Shown here: positions 42,368 through 51,880 of the stretch, in pieces
How the letters are laid out: the number at the start of each line of letters is the position of its first letter
Position numbering within the stretch: position 1 is the first letter of the stretch
From: a virus
Strand: one strand, 5' to 3'
DNA: 64,000 nucleotides
Virus record (IMG/VR): IMGVR_UViG_3300037423_000701
Span: 1-64,000 of that record
Notes under the pieces: model-generated
What the model was told of the DNA's origin: nothing
Databases searched by the model: none
The model's input: only the letters and a program-made list of their open reading frames with translations
Translations under genes and position numbers: made by a program

Positions 42368-43417
42368 ATGCCTGTCCCGAGCGTTAACTGGAAATTTTTA
42401 CTGGCCCACTCCGGCAACTTGGAGCCGATTGGGGAACTTGCACGGGCGCGCGGGAAAAGATTGTCAGTTGGCATTAATAAGAATGAATCATTGAACTTAT
42501 CTTATCGCATTGAAGATCCACTTTCCGATGAAATTAGTGTGGCAGATAAGTGTATTTTGTGTTATAGAAATAACACATTGGTTTGGTCTGGACCTATTTG
42601 GACCATAGAAGAATCCCTGCCATCTAACACTATGAATATTGCATGCGTTGGCTGGTTTGAGATTCTAAATAAACGCTTTCTGAGCGCTGATACTACTTAC
42701 ACCACCACGGATGCGGGTGCTATCGCCTCCGGGTTGCTGGCGAATGCCAACGCGCAGGGCGCAACGAATATCACTATGGGGCAGATTGAATCTTCTCAGC
42801 CTAGAACTAGGTCATACAAAAAGTATCAGGAAATCGGCCAAGAAATCCACGCGCTCTCGCAAATAGAGGCCGGTTATGACTATTATGTAACTCCAGATAC
42901 AAGAGAGTTAAATATTTATTATTCTAATATTGTGGGAAATATTTACGGTAAGGGTCAAAATCTTCCCAACCAAATTCTTGGATATAACTTTGGTAAAAAT
43001 AATGTGGCTAATATCACTAGAACATATGATGCAAGTCTACTAGTAAATAAGCAACACGTTATCGGAGCTTCCAATACTACGGGAGTTGTCTCAGATACTG
43101 CGAGTATTAATACTTACGGTATTCATGAGGGTCTTGCTTCACTCACAGAGGTAACTGACACAACAATCCTGTCTGCTTATGCTCAGGGCGAGGTCGCCGT
43201 TAAAAGAACTCCAAGAGTTATTTATCGCGTTACACCCAAACCACAAAGTATAATGCCTTTTTCTGATTTTGACCTAGGAGACGTAATTTATCTCACAGCT
43301 AAGTTTGGAAACAGATTTAATGTAGAGAACCAAGCGATTAGAGTATATGGAATGACCATTGATATTGATGAGAACGGCACCGAACGTATAACTGAACTAC
43401 AAACGAGCCCCTCATGA
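42368..43417 (+). CDS. tail-tip / baseplate hub candidate (349 aa)
   Basis: Second gene after the tape measure. Confidence 0.5.
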   Translation: MPVPSVNWKFLLAHSGNLEPIGELARARGKRLSVGINKNESLNLSYRIEDPLSDEISVADKCILCYRNNTLVWSGPIWTIEESLPSNTMNIACVGWFEILNKRFLSADTTYTTTDAGAIASGLLANANAQGATNITMGQIESSQPRTRSYKKYQEIGQEIHALSQIEAGYDYYVTPDTRELNIYYSNIVGNIYGKGQNLPNQILGYNFGKNNVANITRTYDASLLVNKQHVIGASNTTGVVSDTASINTYGIHEGLASLTEVTDTTILSAYAQGEVAVKRTPRVIYRVTPKPQSIMPFSDFDLGDVIYLTAKFGNRFNVENQAIRVYGMTIDIDENGTERITELQTSPS

Positions 43418-44283
43418 GCAAGCCTATTTTGTCAGATAATCTTTTTAAGATCCTTAATGACTTAAAGGATCGCCTTCTTTCCGTGGAGCGCCGTCTAAAT
43501 GTTCTAGATCCACCTACCGGTGGTGCTGTTTCAGGTTATAGCCGAGTTCGTGACGAAGGTGTGGACCTAACACAGAGAACTGTCTTGGACTTCGGCGGAC
43601 GTGGGGTTACAGCGTCCGATCTTGCATCCAGAACATTTGTCGATATCCCAGGTGTGTCTATGCATGACGAGGGAAGCTTTCTCACCTACAGAAGCGCCTT
43701 AAACTTTATTGGTGCCGGTGTGAATGCGGCCGACAATGGATCAACACAAAGAACTGACGTCACTATTCCCGGTATCGCGGCCCAGGATGAAGGATCTGCT
43801 GTTACCTATCGCAGCACATGGAACTTTGTGGGTTCCGGTGTAACGGTATCAGACGTAAGCAGCAAAACGCAGGTCAATATTGCTGGCCCCTCAATTGTTC
43901 AATACATCACGACGTATGTGGATGGAAGCCCAGGACAGTTTCAGTCTGGATGGGCGAATGCGGGAAGTGGAGACAGAGAGAATGTAGGTTATTGGACAGA
44001 TGGTGTCGTATGCCACTTACAGGGATCAATTAAAAAAACAACAACCCCATCAGCTTCGGAAACAATGTTTATTTTACCTGCTTCCGTTAGACCAATTTTG
44101 CCTAGCGGAACCGCTCCATATTTGAGTTTTATTGTTTCTACTTCAACTACCTCGTTCAGTAGTTATACGCCTGGATATGTTGAAGTATATGGTGGCGGGG
44201 ATGTTATTTGGATGGGCGGTTATTCCGGAGCAAACAATCTTATGTCTTTGAACGGAATATATTTTAGAACTGACAGAGTGTAG
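43414..44283 (+). CDS. minor tail / fibre protein with three 38-40-aa repeats
   Basis: DEG-x-LTxR-x-LxFxGxGVxxxD repeats at 43552-43887. Confidence 0.55.
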   Translation: MSKPILSDNLFKILNDLKDRLLSVERRLNVLDPPTGGAVSGYSRVRDEGVDLTQRTVLDFGGRGVTASDLASRTFVDIPGVSMHDEGSFLTYRSALNFIGAGVNAADNGSTQRTDVTIPGIAAQDEGSAVTYRSTWNFVGSGVTVSDVSSKTQVNIAGPSIVQYITTYVDGSPGQFQSGWANAGSGDRENVGYWTDGVVCHLQGSIKKTTTPSASETMFILPASVRPILPSGTAPYLSFIVSTSTTSFSSYTPGYVEVYGGGDVIWMGGYSGANNLMSLNGIYFRTDRV

Positions 44284-44306
44284 TATAATTTTAAACAGGA
44301 GATTTT

Positions 44307-45236
44307 ATGGCCTTACTTACTCCACTTTATTTACAACCTAAAGGGTATACGGCAAGACAAGACCGTCTTCTCATCGAAGGCGCGTTCCAAGCTGGAGTGA
44401 TTGGTTCTACCGATCTTCAGGTGTCTTCTCCTGTATCTGGACTTACCGTTAATGCTGCGGCTGGCAAGGGGATAGTCCTTGGAAATTATGCTGCACTTCA
44501 GGGAAGCTATTACTGTATCAATGACGCTACTGTGGCTGTTTCTATTGGAGCTAATGCAACAGGTAACCCGCGTGTTGATCAAATCGTCCTCCGTGTTTAT
44601 GACTCGACAGACGGAGGAAGCGGTTCTAACCAAGCCACTATTGAGTGTGTCGCTGGTACCGCAAGCTCTGGAGCAACACTCGATAACCGCACTGGAGCAG
44701 CATCCATTCCAACCAACTCTATTCGGTTGGCGGATGTATTGGTCCCTGCCTCTTCACCATCTTCTATCCCGGCCGCAAACGTGCGTGATCGTAGGCCGTG
44801 GGCGCGTGGTGCCTTTGCTTCACCGGCTATGGCGGACGCCACTGCGTCTGCCAGCACAAGCAAGGTAAAGCTACACGCTACAGCACTTACACAGAGAATA
44901 GAACTATCCGGCGCTCCCGTAAAAATCACACTTTCTGGAACTTGGCAGCCTTCTGCTGCGAGCGCCTTCGTAACATTCTATTTGTCTGATGAGGTTAACG
45001 GTGCGGCGGTGGCTGATATCAGTTCAGAGTCCTGGGGATTTATATCAAATCAATCTATATCTCCGGTCCATAGAGATACAATTACTTTTGTTCATGTATT
45101 TACTCCCACAGCCGGTACACACCTGATGTATCCCCAATGGATTGCGGGCGGGGCAGGAAATACAAACTCTCTAGAGAATGTTCAATTTGTAGTTGAAGAG
45201 AAAATTGTTTCCAACAGTAATAACGGAACCACATAG
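44307..45236 (+). CDS. minor tail / receptor-binding candidate (309 aa)
   Basis: Ala/Ser/Gly-rich. Last large gene of the tail module. Confidence 0.5.
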   Translation: MALLTPLYLQPKGYTARQDRLLIEGAFQAGVIGSTDLQVSSPVSGLTVNAAAGKGIVLGNYAALQGSYYCINDATVAVSIGANATGNPRVDQIVLRVYDSTDGGSGSNQATIECVAGTASSGATLDNRTGAASIPTNSIRLADVLVPASSPSSIPAANVRDRRPWARGAFASPAMADATASASTSKVKLHATALTQRIELSGAPVKITLSGTWQPSAASAFVTFYLSDEVNGAAVADISSESWGFISNQSISPVHRDTITFVHVFTPTAGTHLMYPQWIAGGAGNTNSLENVQFVVEEKIVSNSNNGTT

Positions 45237-45275
45237 AACTAATAAACGTTATGTATTTTCTACTTGAGAAGACAA

Positions 45276-45542
45276 ATGCATGAAATTTACGAAGCCAACC
45301 AGGGACCTAATCCTCTTCCTAACGGGAGTTGGGGGAGTGCTACACGAAACGTTAAGGACTTCAGCGGAGCGTCCAACGCTTTTGATTCTGTACGCATCCA
45401 TGATGGGACTACCAGTGTTTCTTTCGAGAGACAAAGACAAGGACGACGAATAATGGGAGTCGTTAAGCAATATCCTTGGTCGTGTTCATGGATGATATTT
45501 TGTGTTTTGCTAGCCCTAATAAATAAGTTGGTGGCTCTATGA
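45276..45542 (+). CDS. hypothetical protein with C-terminal TM segment
   Basis: ATG at 45276. ATGA coupling to the collagen-like gene. Confidence 0.5.
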   Translation: MHEIYEANQGPNPLPNGSWGSATRNVKDFSGASNAFDSVRIHDGTTSVSFERQRQGRRIMGVVKQYPWSCSWMIFCVLLALINKLVAL

Positions 45543-45994
45543 AATTTGTAAAAACATACATGAGTCAGCGTTTACCTCTTATCACTTATCTATGTCTCAC
45601 ATTTATAGCTATGGCTATCACTCACTTCTATGAAGTTAAGGAGAGAGTCAAGATTGAACACCGCGTAACAAATATCGAGCGCGTGGTGAAGGGCGTACCC
45701 GGCCACAACGGTCTACGTGGTCCTGCTGGTCCTATGGGTCCTGCGGGACCTGTTGGTCCCCGTGGCCGACGCGGGGAGCGAGGCGCACCCGGTAAGGATG
45801 GCTCGCGCGGTGCTACCGGTCCCCGTGGCCCACAAGGACTACGAGGATTACGAGGACCCAGCGGGCCATCCGGGCAACGTGGCCCAATAGGACCCATCGG
45901 GCCGCAGGGACCACCGGGGTTGGTTGAGAATCCCGGTAACGGACCTCCCAACATTCCTCCCCCGCCGAAGCTTCCGGGTAAACCAAAAAATTAA
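45539..45994 (+). CDS. membrane-anchored collagen-like protein
   Basis: N-terminal TM segment ([19 protein letters not shown]) followed by 25 uninterrupted G-X-Y triplets (45692-45919). Confidence 0.7.
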   Translation: MKFVKTYMSQRLPLITYLCLTFIAMAITHFYEVKERVKIEHRVTNIERVVKGVPGHNGLRGPAGPMGPAGPVGPRGRRGERGAPGKDGSRGATGPRGPQGLRGLRGPSGPSGQRGPIGPIGPQGPPGLVENPGNGPPNIPPPPKLPGKPKN

Positions 45995-46069
45995 CCGCAT
46001 GAGAATTGCTAGGTAAAGGTCAACCGGCCCGATTCCGGAACGGCGTTTAGTTATGATAGACTTCGCCGC

Positions 46070-47518
46070 GTGAAGATAGACGCCCTGATCGACACGGCCA
46101 TTCGGTTGCGTGAAGAAACCCTTCCGCCCGGGTGCGCCAAAGAACTAAAGTCAGCCCTGTCCATTCCCAACATGGATAAGGTTGCCGCACGCCGTGAGAA
46201 GCTGGCTGATTGGGAAGATATGCCAGACTTCATTAATCTTTGGCGCTATGACGGAATCGGAAGATTGGTTATTCCAAGAGGATTCCGTGAAAACTTTATC
46301 AGGGGTATGGATCGCTCTGGCTTTGAAATCAACTGGATTGATGATCGTGCCTTCTGCGTCATGGACCCTGAGTTCTTTGCCGACCTACAGCCCATCACAC
46401 TCCGCGACCACCAGGGGCCAGCCGTCAAGTCCCTCATCGCACACGAGAATGGCATCTATCAGGCTCCCCCGGGATCCGGCAAGACCGTCACCATTCTAGA
46501 ACTTATACGTCGCGTTAAACAGCGCTCAATCATCCTTGTGGATAAGTCAAACATTGCTAAACAATGGCAAAAGCGTATCCACACCTTCCTCGGCGTCGAG
46601 GCGGGAATGATCGGTGATGGTGTCTTTGATCCAGGTGAAATCACAGTTGCATTAAAGCAGACGCTATGGAGTAGGCGCAGAGAACTAACCGAACAAGGGT
46701 TCTTCAATGAGTGGGGCATCGTCGCCTATGACGAATGCCATCACGTCACGGCAGAGACGTACCAGTTCATTGTACAAAAGTTCAACGCGCACTACCTCAT
46801 TGGTGTGTCTGCCACCCCTAAGCGCGTACCGTGGACCTTCCCCATCGCCACCGGATTACTCGGCCCCATCATCCACGAAACCACACATGAGGAACTGCGT
46901 GGCAAGGGACTGTTGGTTAAGCCGAAGATCGTCGTGGTACCCACGGCCTTTGACTTTCAGTTTCGCAGCACCAAGGTCAATCGAGGCGGGTATCGAGTTG
47001 GTAATAACTATCAACAGATGATGAAATCTCTTATCTCGAATGAAGATAGGAACAATCGCATCGCCGAGAAGCTCAACTCCATGCCCGAGCGCTACATCCT
47101 CGTGGTGTCCAAGCGCCTTGAACATTTTGATAGGGTCATTGAAAAACTAAACGCTCTCGGCTACCCTAACCCGATCTACCGGCTGACAGGCAAGGAAACC
47201 CTGTCGGAAAGGGTGAGGATTTCCGAAGCGATAGAGGCCGGTCCGTCCGTGACGTTCTCGACCATTGCCGACGAAGCCCTTGACATTCCGCGTCTAGACA
47301 CCATCTTCCTGATCTGGCCGACCCGCAACGCTTCGGTCGTGCGCCAGCAGGTAGGGCGTGTCGAGCGCGCCACGGATGGGAAAGAAGATGCGCTGGTCTT
47401 TGACTGGTGGGATGTAAAGGTTGGAGTTCTAAAGAATCAATTCTCTGAACGTATGAGAGACGTTTATAGAGCAGAACAAATGGAGATTACATATGAAGCC
47501 ACCGCAGGGTCATACTGA
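46070..47518 (+). CDS. SF2 DEAD/DEAH-box helicase
   Basis: Walker A APPGSGKT and motif II DECHH. Motif VI-like QQVGRVER. Confidence 0.8.
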   Translation: MKIDALIDTAIRLREETLPPGCAKELKSALSIPNMDKVAARREKLADWEDMPDFINLWRYDGIGRLVIPRGFRENFIRGMDRSGFEINWIDDRAFCVMDPEFFADLQPITLRDHQGPAVKSLIAHENGIYQAPPGSGKTVTILELIRRVKQRSIILVDKSNIAKQWQKRIHTFLGVEAGMIGDGVFDPGEITVALKQTLWSRRRELTEQGFFNEWGIVAYDECHHVTAETYQFIVQKFNAHYLIGVSATPKRVPWTFPIATGLLGPIIHETTHEELRGKGLLVKPKIVVVPTAFDFQFRSTKVNRGGYRVGNNYQQMMKSLISNEDRNNRIAEKLNSMPERYILVVSKRLEHFDRVIEKLNALGYPNPIYRLTGKETLSERVRISEAIEAGPSVTFSTIADEALDIPRLDTIFLIWPTRNASVVRQQVGRVERATDGKEDALVFDWWDVKVGVLKNQFSERMRDVYRAEQMEITYEATAGSY

Positions 47519-47759
47519 AATAAGAAAAGACGATTTTCTAATTATGGAGAATCGTCTGCTGTTACGCGGTGCTGAAGCTATTTGGGATCTTATTCAGGAA
47601 CAGGGTGTCTCGCGTGCTGAACTCGCGCGCCGACTAAATAGAACACCTAGTCGTATCACTCAGATCCTATCTGGTGAACATAATATGAGACTTAGAACTC
47701 TAGCCGACGTTGGTTACGTTCTAGATCACGAATTTCTAATTACGCCAAAACCATTATGA
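47493..47759 (+). CDS. XRE-family HTH protein
   Basis: GGAGA RBS. VSRAELARRLNRTPSRITQILSGEHNMRLRTLADVGYVL. Confidence 0.7.
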   Translation: MKPPQGHTEIRKDDFLIMENRLLLRGAEAIWDLIQEQGVSRAELARRLNRTPSRITQILSGEHNMRLRTLADVGYVLDHEFLITPKPL

Positions 47760-47782
47760 ACAACCCGGAGGCTGGTGAGTAG

Positions 47783-48001
47783 ATGGGACGGAAACAGGAA
47801 CGGGACCCCGCGCTTTCCGCGCTGGCGAAGACCGCCTACGAACTGGTCCAGGTGGAGGCCGAGCGGGACAGGCTGCGGGAGGCGATCACCGAGCACATAG
47901 ACACGATCATGCCGCGCGACGGGTCGACCGTGGACGAGGCCGTCGTCGTGCTGTCAGCCGAACGCCTCTATGCCGCCCTCTCGCCCGAGAGCGGGCGATG
48001 A
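47783..48001 (+). CDS. hypothetical protein (72 aa)
   Basis: GGAGG RBS. Helical, charged sequence. Confidence 0.6.
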   Translation: MGRKQERDPALSALAKTAYELVQVEAERDRLREAITEHIDTIMPRDGSTVDEAVVVLSAERLYAALSPESGR

Positions 48002-48132
48002 CCGGACCACTGATGGCTATCGGCATCCTGCTGGTGCTCGCCGTCGCGGTCAGCCTGTGCGACCCGAGCAAGTGCACCTTCTACGACGCCTGGGAACTGC
48101 CCCGCGAGAGCAACCCGGAGGGGGAGCGATGA
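47998..48132 (+). CDS. 44-aa membrane micro-protein
   Basis: Hand-translated (MTGPLMAIGILLVLAVAVSLCDPSKC...). ATGA overlaps at both ends. Confidence 0.45.
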   Translation: MTGPLMAIGILLVLAVAVSLCDPSKCTFYDAWELPRESNPEGER

Positions 48133-48299
48133 GCCGGAAGTGGCCCCACTGGATGCCGCCGGACGTGAGGCGACTGGCCGAAAAGGCGGGCCTCACGAAG
48201 CCCCCGACGTGGTACGCCGGACGAATCTGGCCGGGCAAGTCGAAGCCCGAGCGGGCGAGCAGCCCGACACAAGGAGGGGAAGGATGGAAGCGATCGTGA
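48129..48299 (+). CDS. hypothetical protein (56 aa)
   Basis: MSRKWPHWMPPDVRRLAEKAGL... ATGA-coupled. Confidence 0.45.
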   Translation: MSRKWPHWMPPDVRRLAEKAGLTKPPTWYAGRIWPGKSKPERASSPTQGGEGWKRS

Positions 48300-48358
48300 T
48301 CGTGTTCGCGGCGGTCTGCCTGTCGATAGCGATGATGTGCGGAGGTGGGGATGCCTGA
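48284..48358 (+). CDS. 24-aa membrane micro-protein
   Basis: MEAIVIVFAAVCLSIAMMCGGGDA, after GGAGGGGAAGG. Confidence 0.35.
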   Translation: MEAIVIVFAAVCLSIAMMCGGGDA

Positions 48359-48644
48359 TCCACTGCCCACCCCCGAGCGCGCGTGCGCACACGAGAACGC
48401 GACCAATCTGTCGGTGTGCCCGGACTGCGGGACGAACCTCTACCCACCCGAGCCCCGTCCGGTGTCCCCGTCGTCGGCGGTCTACGAGGTGGAGGTCTGC
48501 GACACCTGCGGGCAGCACGTCATGGAATCGCCCCACGCCACGGGGCCATGCCAGAACGGGCCGACGCATTGGGTGAAGGTCGTTCCCGTCGCCCCTTCCG
48601 GCCCGTCGTCGGTGTCCCCCGAGGAAGCGGAGACGGGACGATGA
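48351..48644 (+). CDS. zinc-ribbon protein (97 aa)
   Basis: ATG 5 nt after GGAGG. CPDCG...CDTCG. Confidence 0.55.
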   Translation: MPDPLPTPERACAHENATNLSVCPDCGTNLYPPEPRPVSPSSAVYEVEVCDTCGQHVMESPHATGPCQNGPTHWVKVVPVAPSGPSSVSPEEAETGR

Positions 48645-48802
48645 GCCGCTACGAGGCTACAGGCTGGGCGGTCTACGTCCTGAAGCCGTGGGGCTGGTGT
48701 CGGACGAGCGTCGTGTTCGACTCCGTGACCGCCGCCGTGGATCACCTTGCGCAGATGGGTCCTGACAACGGAAAGGTGCGACCGACCGATGCCCAGTCGT
48801 GA
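48641..48802 (+). CDS. hypothetical protein (53 aa)
   Basis: ATGA-coupled. MSRYEATGWAVYVLKPWGW... Confidence 0.45.
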   Translation: MSRYEATGWAVYVLKPWGWCRTSVVFDSVTAAVDHLAQMGPDNGKVRPTDAQS

Positions 48803-49014
48803 CGAGGCCGACACGCTGCTTGAGGCTCAACCTCGCCCGCGCCGCCCTGTCCGCTGCCCGTCAGGTGGAGGACAACGAGCGCAAAGCGCTGATCCGCGAG
48901 ATAGACGCCCTGCGCGACTTCATCCTCAGCCTCCCGATGGACGCAGAGACGTACGGACGCTTCCTCCGAATCGACAGTTACGCCCTGAACCGATCACCTT
49001 CGGAGGAACGATGA
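48799..49014 (+). CDS. hypothetical protein (71 aa)
   Basis: GTGA-coupled. The helical sequence is preferred over the Pro/Arg-rich frame 48747..49055. Confidence 0.5.
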   Translation: MTRPTRCLRLNLARAALSAARQVEDNERKALIREIDALRDFILSLPMDAETYGRFLRIDSYALNRSPSEER

Positions 49015-49310
49015 GCGAAGAACGAACTAAAAGACGAGAAGATGAAACTACGTAAGCCATGGATTTGGGTCGTGGAGGAAGTGAGCTACGGAAACAAGTG
49101 GACCTTAAAGTTCAGGGGAATATTCAAGCGCTCCTAACCCCTATACACCTTTCCCAAGGAACAGGTTTGAGGTTAGCACACGACCCTTCGTGCCACCAAT
49201 TTGCGCCTATCGCCTAGGTTCTCTGCTAAGAAAGAACTACGTTCTTTCTTACCTCTGTTGGAAAGATCGTTTGGTAGCTTTCGTGGTGGTTCCTCCCCGC
49301 GAAACCAGAA

Positions 49311-49342
49311 CCCCGGCCCGAGCGGCTGGGGTTTTGCGTTTT
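49311..49342 (+). terminator. rho-independent terminator after island 2
   Basis: CCCCGGCC-CGAGC-GGCTGGGG (one G-U in plus sense), followed by TTTTGCGTTTT. Confidence 0.65.
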
Positions 49343-49361
49343 CCAGGCCGGGTGCTAGAAT
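49334..49361 (+). promoter_or_regulatory. putative extended -10 promoter
   Basis: TTGCGT, 16 nt, then TGcTAGAAT. Confidence 0.45.
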
Positions 49362-49486
49362 CCAGGGCGTCCCCTCCGTTGGGATTGGTTGGAATCAAGG
49401 TTGGTTGACGTTTGCAGGGGAAGGCCCTGGTCATGAAGGCCGGGGCCTTCCCTTTGCCCACCAACCCTTTCGCTATCATCTTCTTA

Positions 49487-49771
49487 GTGAGCGAAAGACT
49501 GTACATTTCTGAAGTGGCTAAGGCCCTTGACCGGCGACAGAACACCATTCGTGGCTGGGAAAGAGAAAATGTCTTACCGAAAGCCTTGCGATCCCACAAG
49601 GATGACAGGGGTTGGCGCTACTGGACACCTGAACAGGTGGAAGCGATCAAGCAATGGATCGTTGACGAAGACCGTAGACCCGGTAAGGGTTTCTCACACT
49701 ACAAGCCTACGCCCGAACAAATTAAAAAACATATCGAGAATACAAGAAAGAAACAAACGGAGGGTATATGA
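49487..49771 (+). CDS. MerR/excisionase-type HTH protein (start uncertain)
   Basis: LYISEVAKALDRRQNTIRGWERENVLP...GWRYWTPEQVEAIKQW. Confidence 0.6.
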   Translation: MSERLYISEVAKALDRRQNTIRGWERENVLPKALRSHKDDRGWRYWTPEQVEAIKQWIVDEDRRPGKGFSHYKPTPEQIKKHIENTRKKQTEGI

Positions 49772-50022
49772 GTGGACTTCCTACTAATTGGCCACTGGAC
49801 GAAAAGGGTAATCCTTTGGCGCTGGTTACCATGACATTGGAAGAGAAGATCGGGTTACCGAACTATTCCAATGTTACTGTTGGTCCTGCTACTGTTTATC
49901 GCTTTGTAAAGGATGATGAGAACAGTCGCCAGCAGGGTCTAAGAGAGTGTTCTGAAGATTGTGAATACATTCTTGCCTATGAACGTGAACCGGTACTTAA
50001 ACTAATTGAGGGAGGGGCCTAA
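49768..50022 (+). CDS. hypothetical protein (84 aa)
   Basis: ATGA-coupled ORF. Confidence 0.55.
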   Translation: MSGLPTNWPLDEKGNPLALVTMTLEEKIGLPNYSNVTVGPATVYRFVKDDENSRQQGLRECSEDCEYILAYEREPVLKLIEGGA

Positions 50023-50023
50023 G

Positions 50024-50221
50024 ATGGCTCTAGTCTTAAAGGAAGTTTTGCGTCGTGATGGTTCGATCAAGCGTTTTGACGTTGTGCGCGCCGATAATGG
50101 AACGCCGCAGGAGGTTCTGGAGGATATCCCTGCTGGCGAGTACAGCGTCATGGAGAACGGTGTCGTCGCCAAGTACAACGTGTCCTACAGAACAGTTCAG
50201 GATCTATCTGTAGTCATTTAA
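50024..50221 (+). CDS. hypothetical protein (65 aa)
   Basis: ATG after GGGAGGGG. Confidence 0.5.
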   Translation: MALVLKEVLRRDGSIKRFDVVRADNGTPQEVLEDIPAGEYSVMENGVVAKYNVSYRTVQDLSVVI

Positions 50222-51477
50222 TGGACGCCGAAAGATCGCTTATCTCGAAAGCCGTACAAACGGCTCAAATCGAAAAGCTACTAACGAAAGGCGTTGACGA
50301 CTCTTACTTTTATAACGAGGAATGCCGTGAGGTATGGAATACATGTGTAAACCATATACGAACTTATCGTTCTTCCCCTTCCTTTGAAGCAGTAAGAAAG
50401 TCTCATCCAGAGTTTGCATTTGAAATCTCAACCGATTCTCTTGATTACCTGCTCGATGAGTTTACAAAGCAATCCAAGCGTCGAGCGGCGATCAATGGTT
50501 TGAGAGAGATTGCTCGTGCTGTAGATGACCCCTCTAGGATCTTGGATATTGACTCCGAGATTCTAGAGTTGGGTTCATCTTTGGCACAGATGTTTCCTAC
50601 TGGAAACTCTCAGAGATTTTCTGAAATGGAAAAAAGAATTCTTACATATGACCAAAGAGCAATAGAAGGATTCTCAATGGGTATACCGTTTGGTATTGAA
50701 GCGCTTGATGATCTGACGCTAGGTATCCAACCGCACGAGTTCGTCAATATCGTTGGCTGGCAAGGGACAGGCAAGTCAACTCTTACACAATATATCTGCT
50801 TCAACGCTTATTTATCTGGTCGAACGGCGCTCATCATTTCCCTGGAAATGGAGGCTGAGGCCATGCTACGTAAGTTCGACGTAATGGCCACCAACTTTCA
50901 GTATCAAGCTCTTAAGAAGCTAGAACTCGGTACAGAAGACAGACGTAAGTGGGAACAGTGGGCTGAGCGTGCCGCCAAACTAGATAACGATATTATCATT
51001 ATTGATGATATTAAAAATTGCACGGTTGAGAAAGTACATTCCATTGCCGAACAGTATAAGCCTGACATTATGGCTGTGGATTACATATCTCTTATGGACG
51101 CGCCGCGCCAGTTCGATGGCAAGATTTGGGAGAAGGTAACACACCTAACGCAAGGCCTGAAGCGCATTGCTCGTGACCCGAAGTGTCCTCCCATTCTGTC
51201 TGTGGCTCAGACCAACATCGGCGGTGCTAATGATGGTGCCAAACTGGACAACATTGCGTACTCTAGATCAATCGGACAGGACTCAGATATTGTTCTAGGT
51301 CTTCATCAGGACGATAAGATGAAAGCATTGAAGAAGATGGAAGTAAGAATGCTTAAGAATCGTGATGGTTCGACAATTGACGTTGATATGCTATGGGATA
51401 TGGAAAGAATGTACTTCCGTCCTTGGACGTCAATGGATATTTTTGCCCCACCGGATGATCTTGGAGAAACCCAATGA
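50221..51477 (+). CDS. dnaB: DnaB-type replicative helicase
   Basis: Walker A GWQGTGKST and Walker B IIIIDD. The N-terminal domain is DnaB-like. Confidence 0.8.
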   Translation: MDAERSLISKAVQTAQIEKLLTKGVDDSYFYNEECREVWNTCVNHIRTYRSSPSFEAVRKSHPEFAFEISTDSLDYLLDEFTKQSKRRAAINGLREIARAVDDPSRILDIDSEILELGSSLAQMFPTGNSQRFSEMEKRILTYDQRAIEGFSMGIPFGIEALDDLTLGIQPHEFVNIVGWQGTGKSTLTQYICFNAYLSGRTALIISLEMEAEAMLRKFDVMATNFQYQALKKLELGTEDRRKWEQWAERAAKLDNDIIIIDDIKNCTVEKVHSIAEQYKPDIMAVDYISLMDAPRQFDGKIWEKVTHLTQGLKRIARDPKCPPILSVAQTNIGGANDGAKLDNIAYSRSIGQDSDIVLGLHQDDKMKALKKMEVRMLKNRDGSTIDVDMLWDMERMYFRPWTSMDIFAPPDDLGETQ

Positions 51478-51644
51478 GTGATGTGTTTATCGACCCGAGG
51501 AGAGAGGGCCGAAAGGTTAAGGTATTGGAAGAAGTAGGCGGTTGGTTTGTATGTTTGATCATCTGGCCGGGAAGCGTCCAAGATGGACAGACTACTTTTA
51601 TTTCTCCTGAGTGCTTTAAGACAAATTACAAATCAGAGTATTAA
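51474..51644 (+). CDS. hypothetical protein (56 aa)
   Basis: Hand-translated. ATGA and TAATG coupling. Confidence 0.45.
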   Translation: MSDVFIDPRREGRKVKVLEEVGGWFVCLIIWPGSVQDGQTTFISPECFKTNYKSEY

Positions 51645-51880
51645 TGATTAATCCTTTTGATGAGCTGGTAACTCTTTGTGAACAGAAAAAACTAGATGTG
51701 TGGCTAGTTCTACTAAGAAGGGTTGACACTAAATCCAATAGACCAGCCATTATGCGGCTGACCGTAGCCAAGGGGAAAACCTCGTTGGTGACTTTTGACC
51801 AGGATGAGTTCGGAAATCCTCCAGTCTATGAGCTAGCCGATGTGGCGATGGATTATCTGGAAGATAATGGTGTGTTATGA
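51644..51880 (+). CDS. hypothetical protein (78 aa)
   Basis: Coupled ORF. Confidence 0.55.
   Translation: MINPFDELVTLCEQKKLDVWLVLLRRVDTKSNRPAIMRLTVAKGKTSLVTFDQDEFGNPPVYELADVAMDYLEDNGVL

Larger units (their letters stand above)
47770..49060 (+). other. GC-rich island 2: cassette of tightly coupled mini-genes
   Basis: Abrupt rise in G+C, with ORFs open in most frames. Successive ATGA/GTGA start-stop overlaps. Confidence 0.6.
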
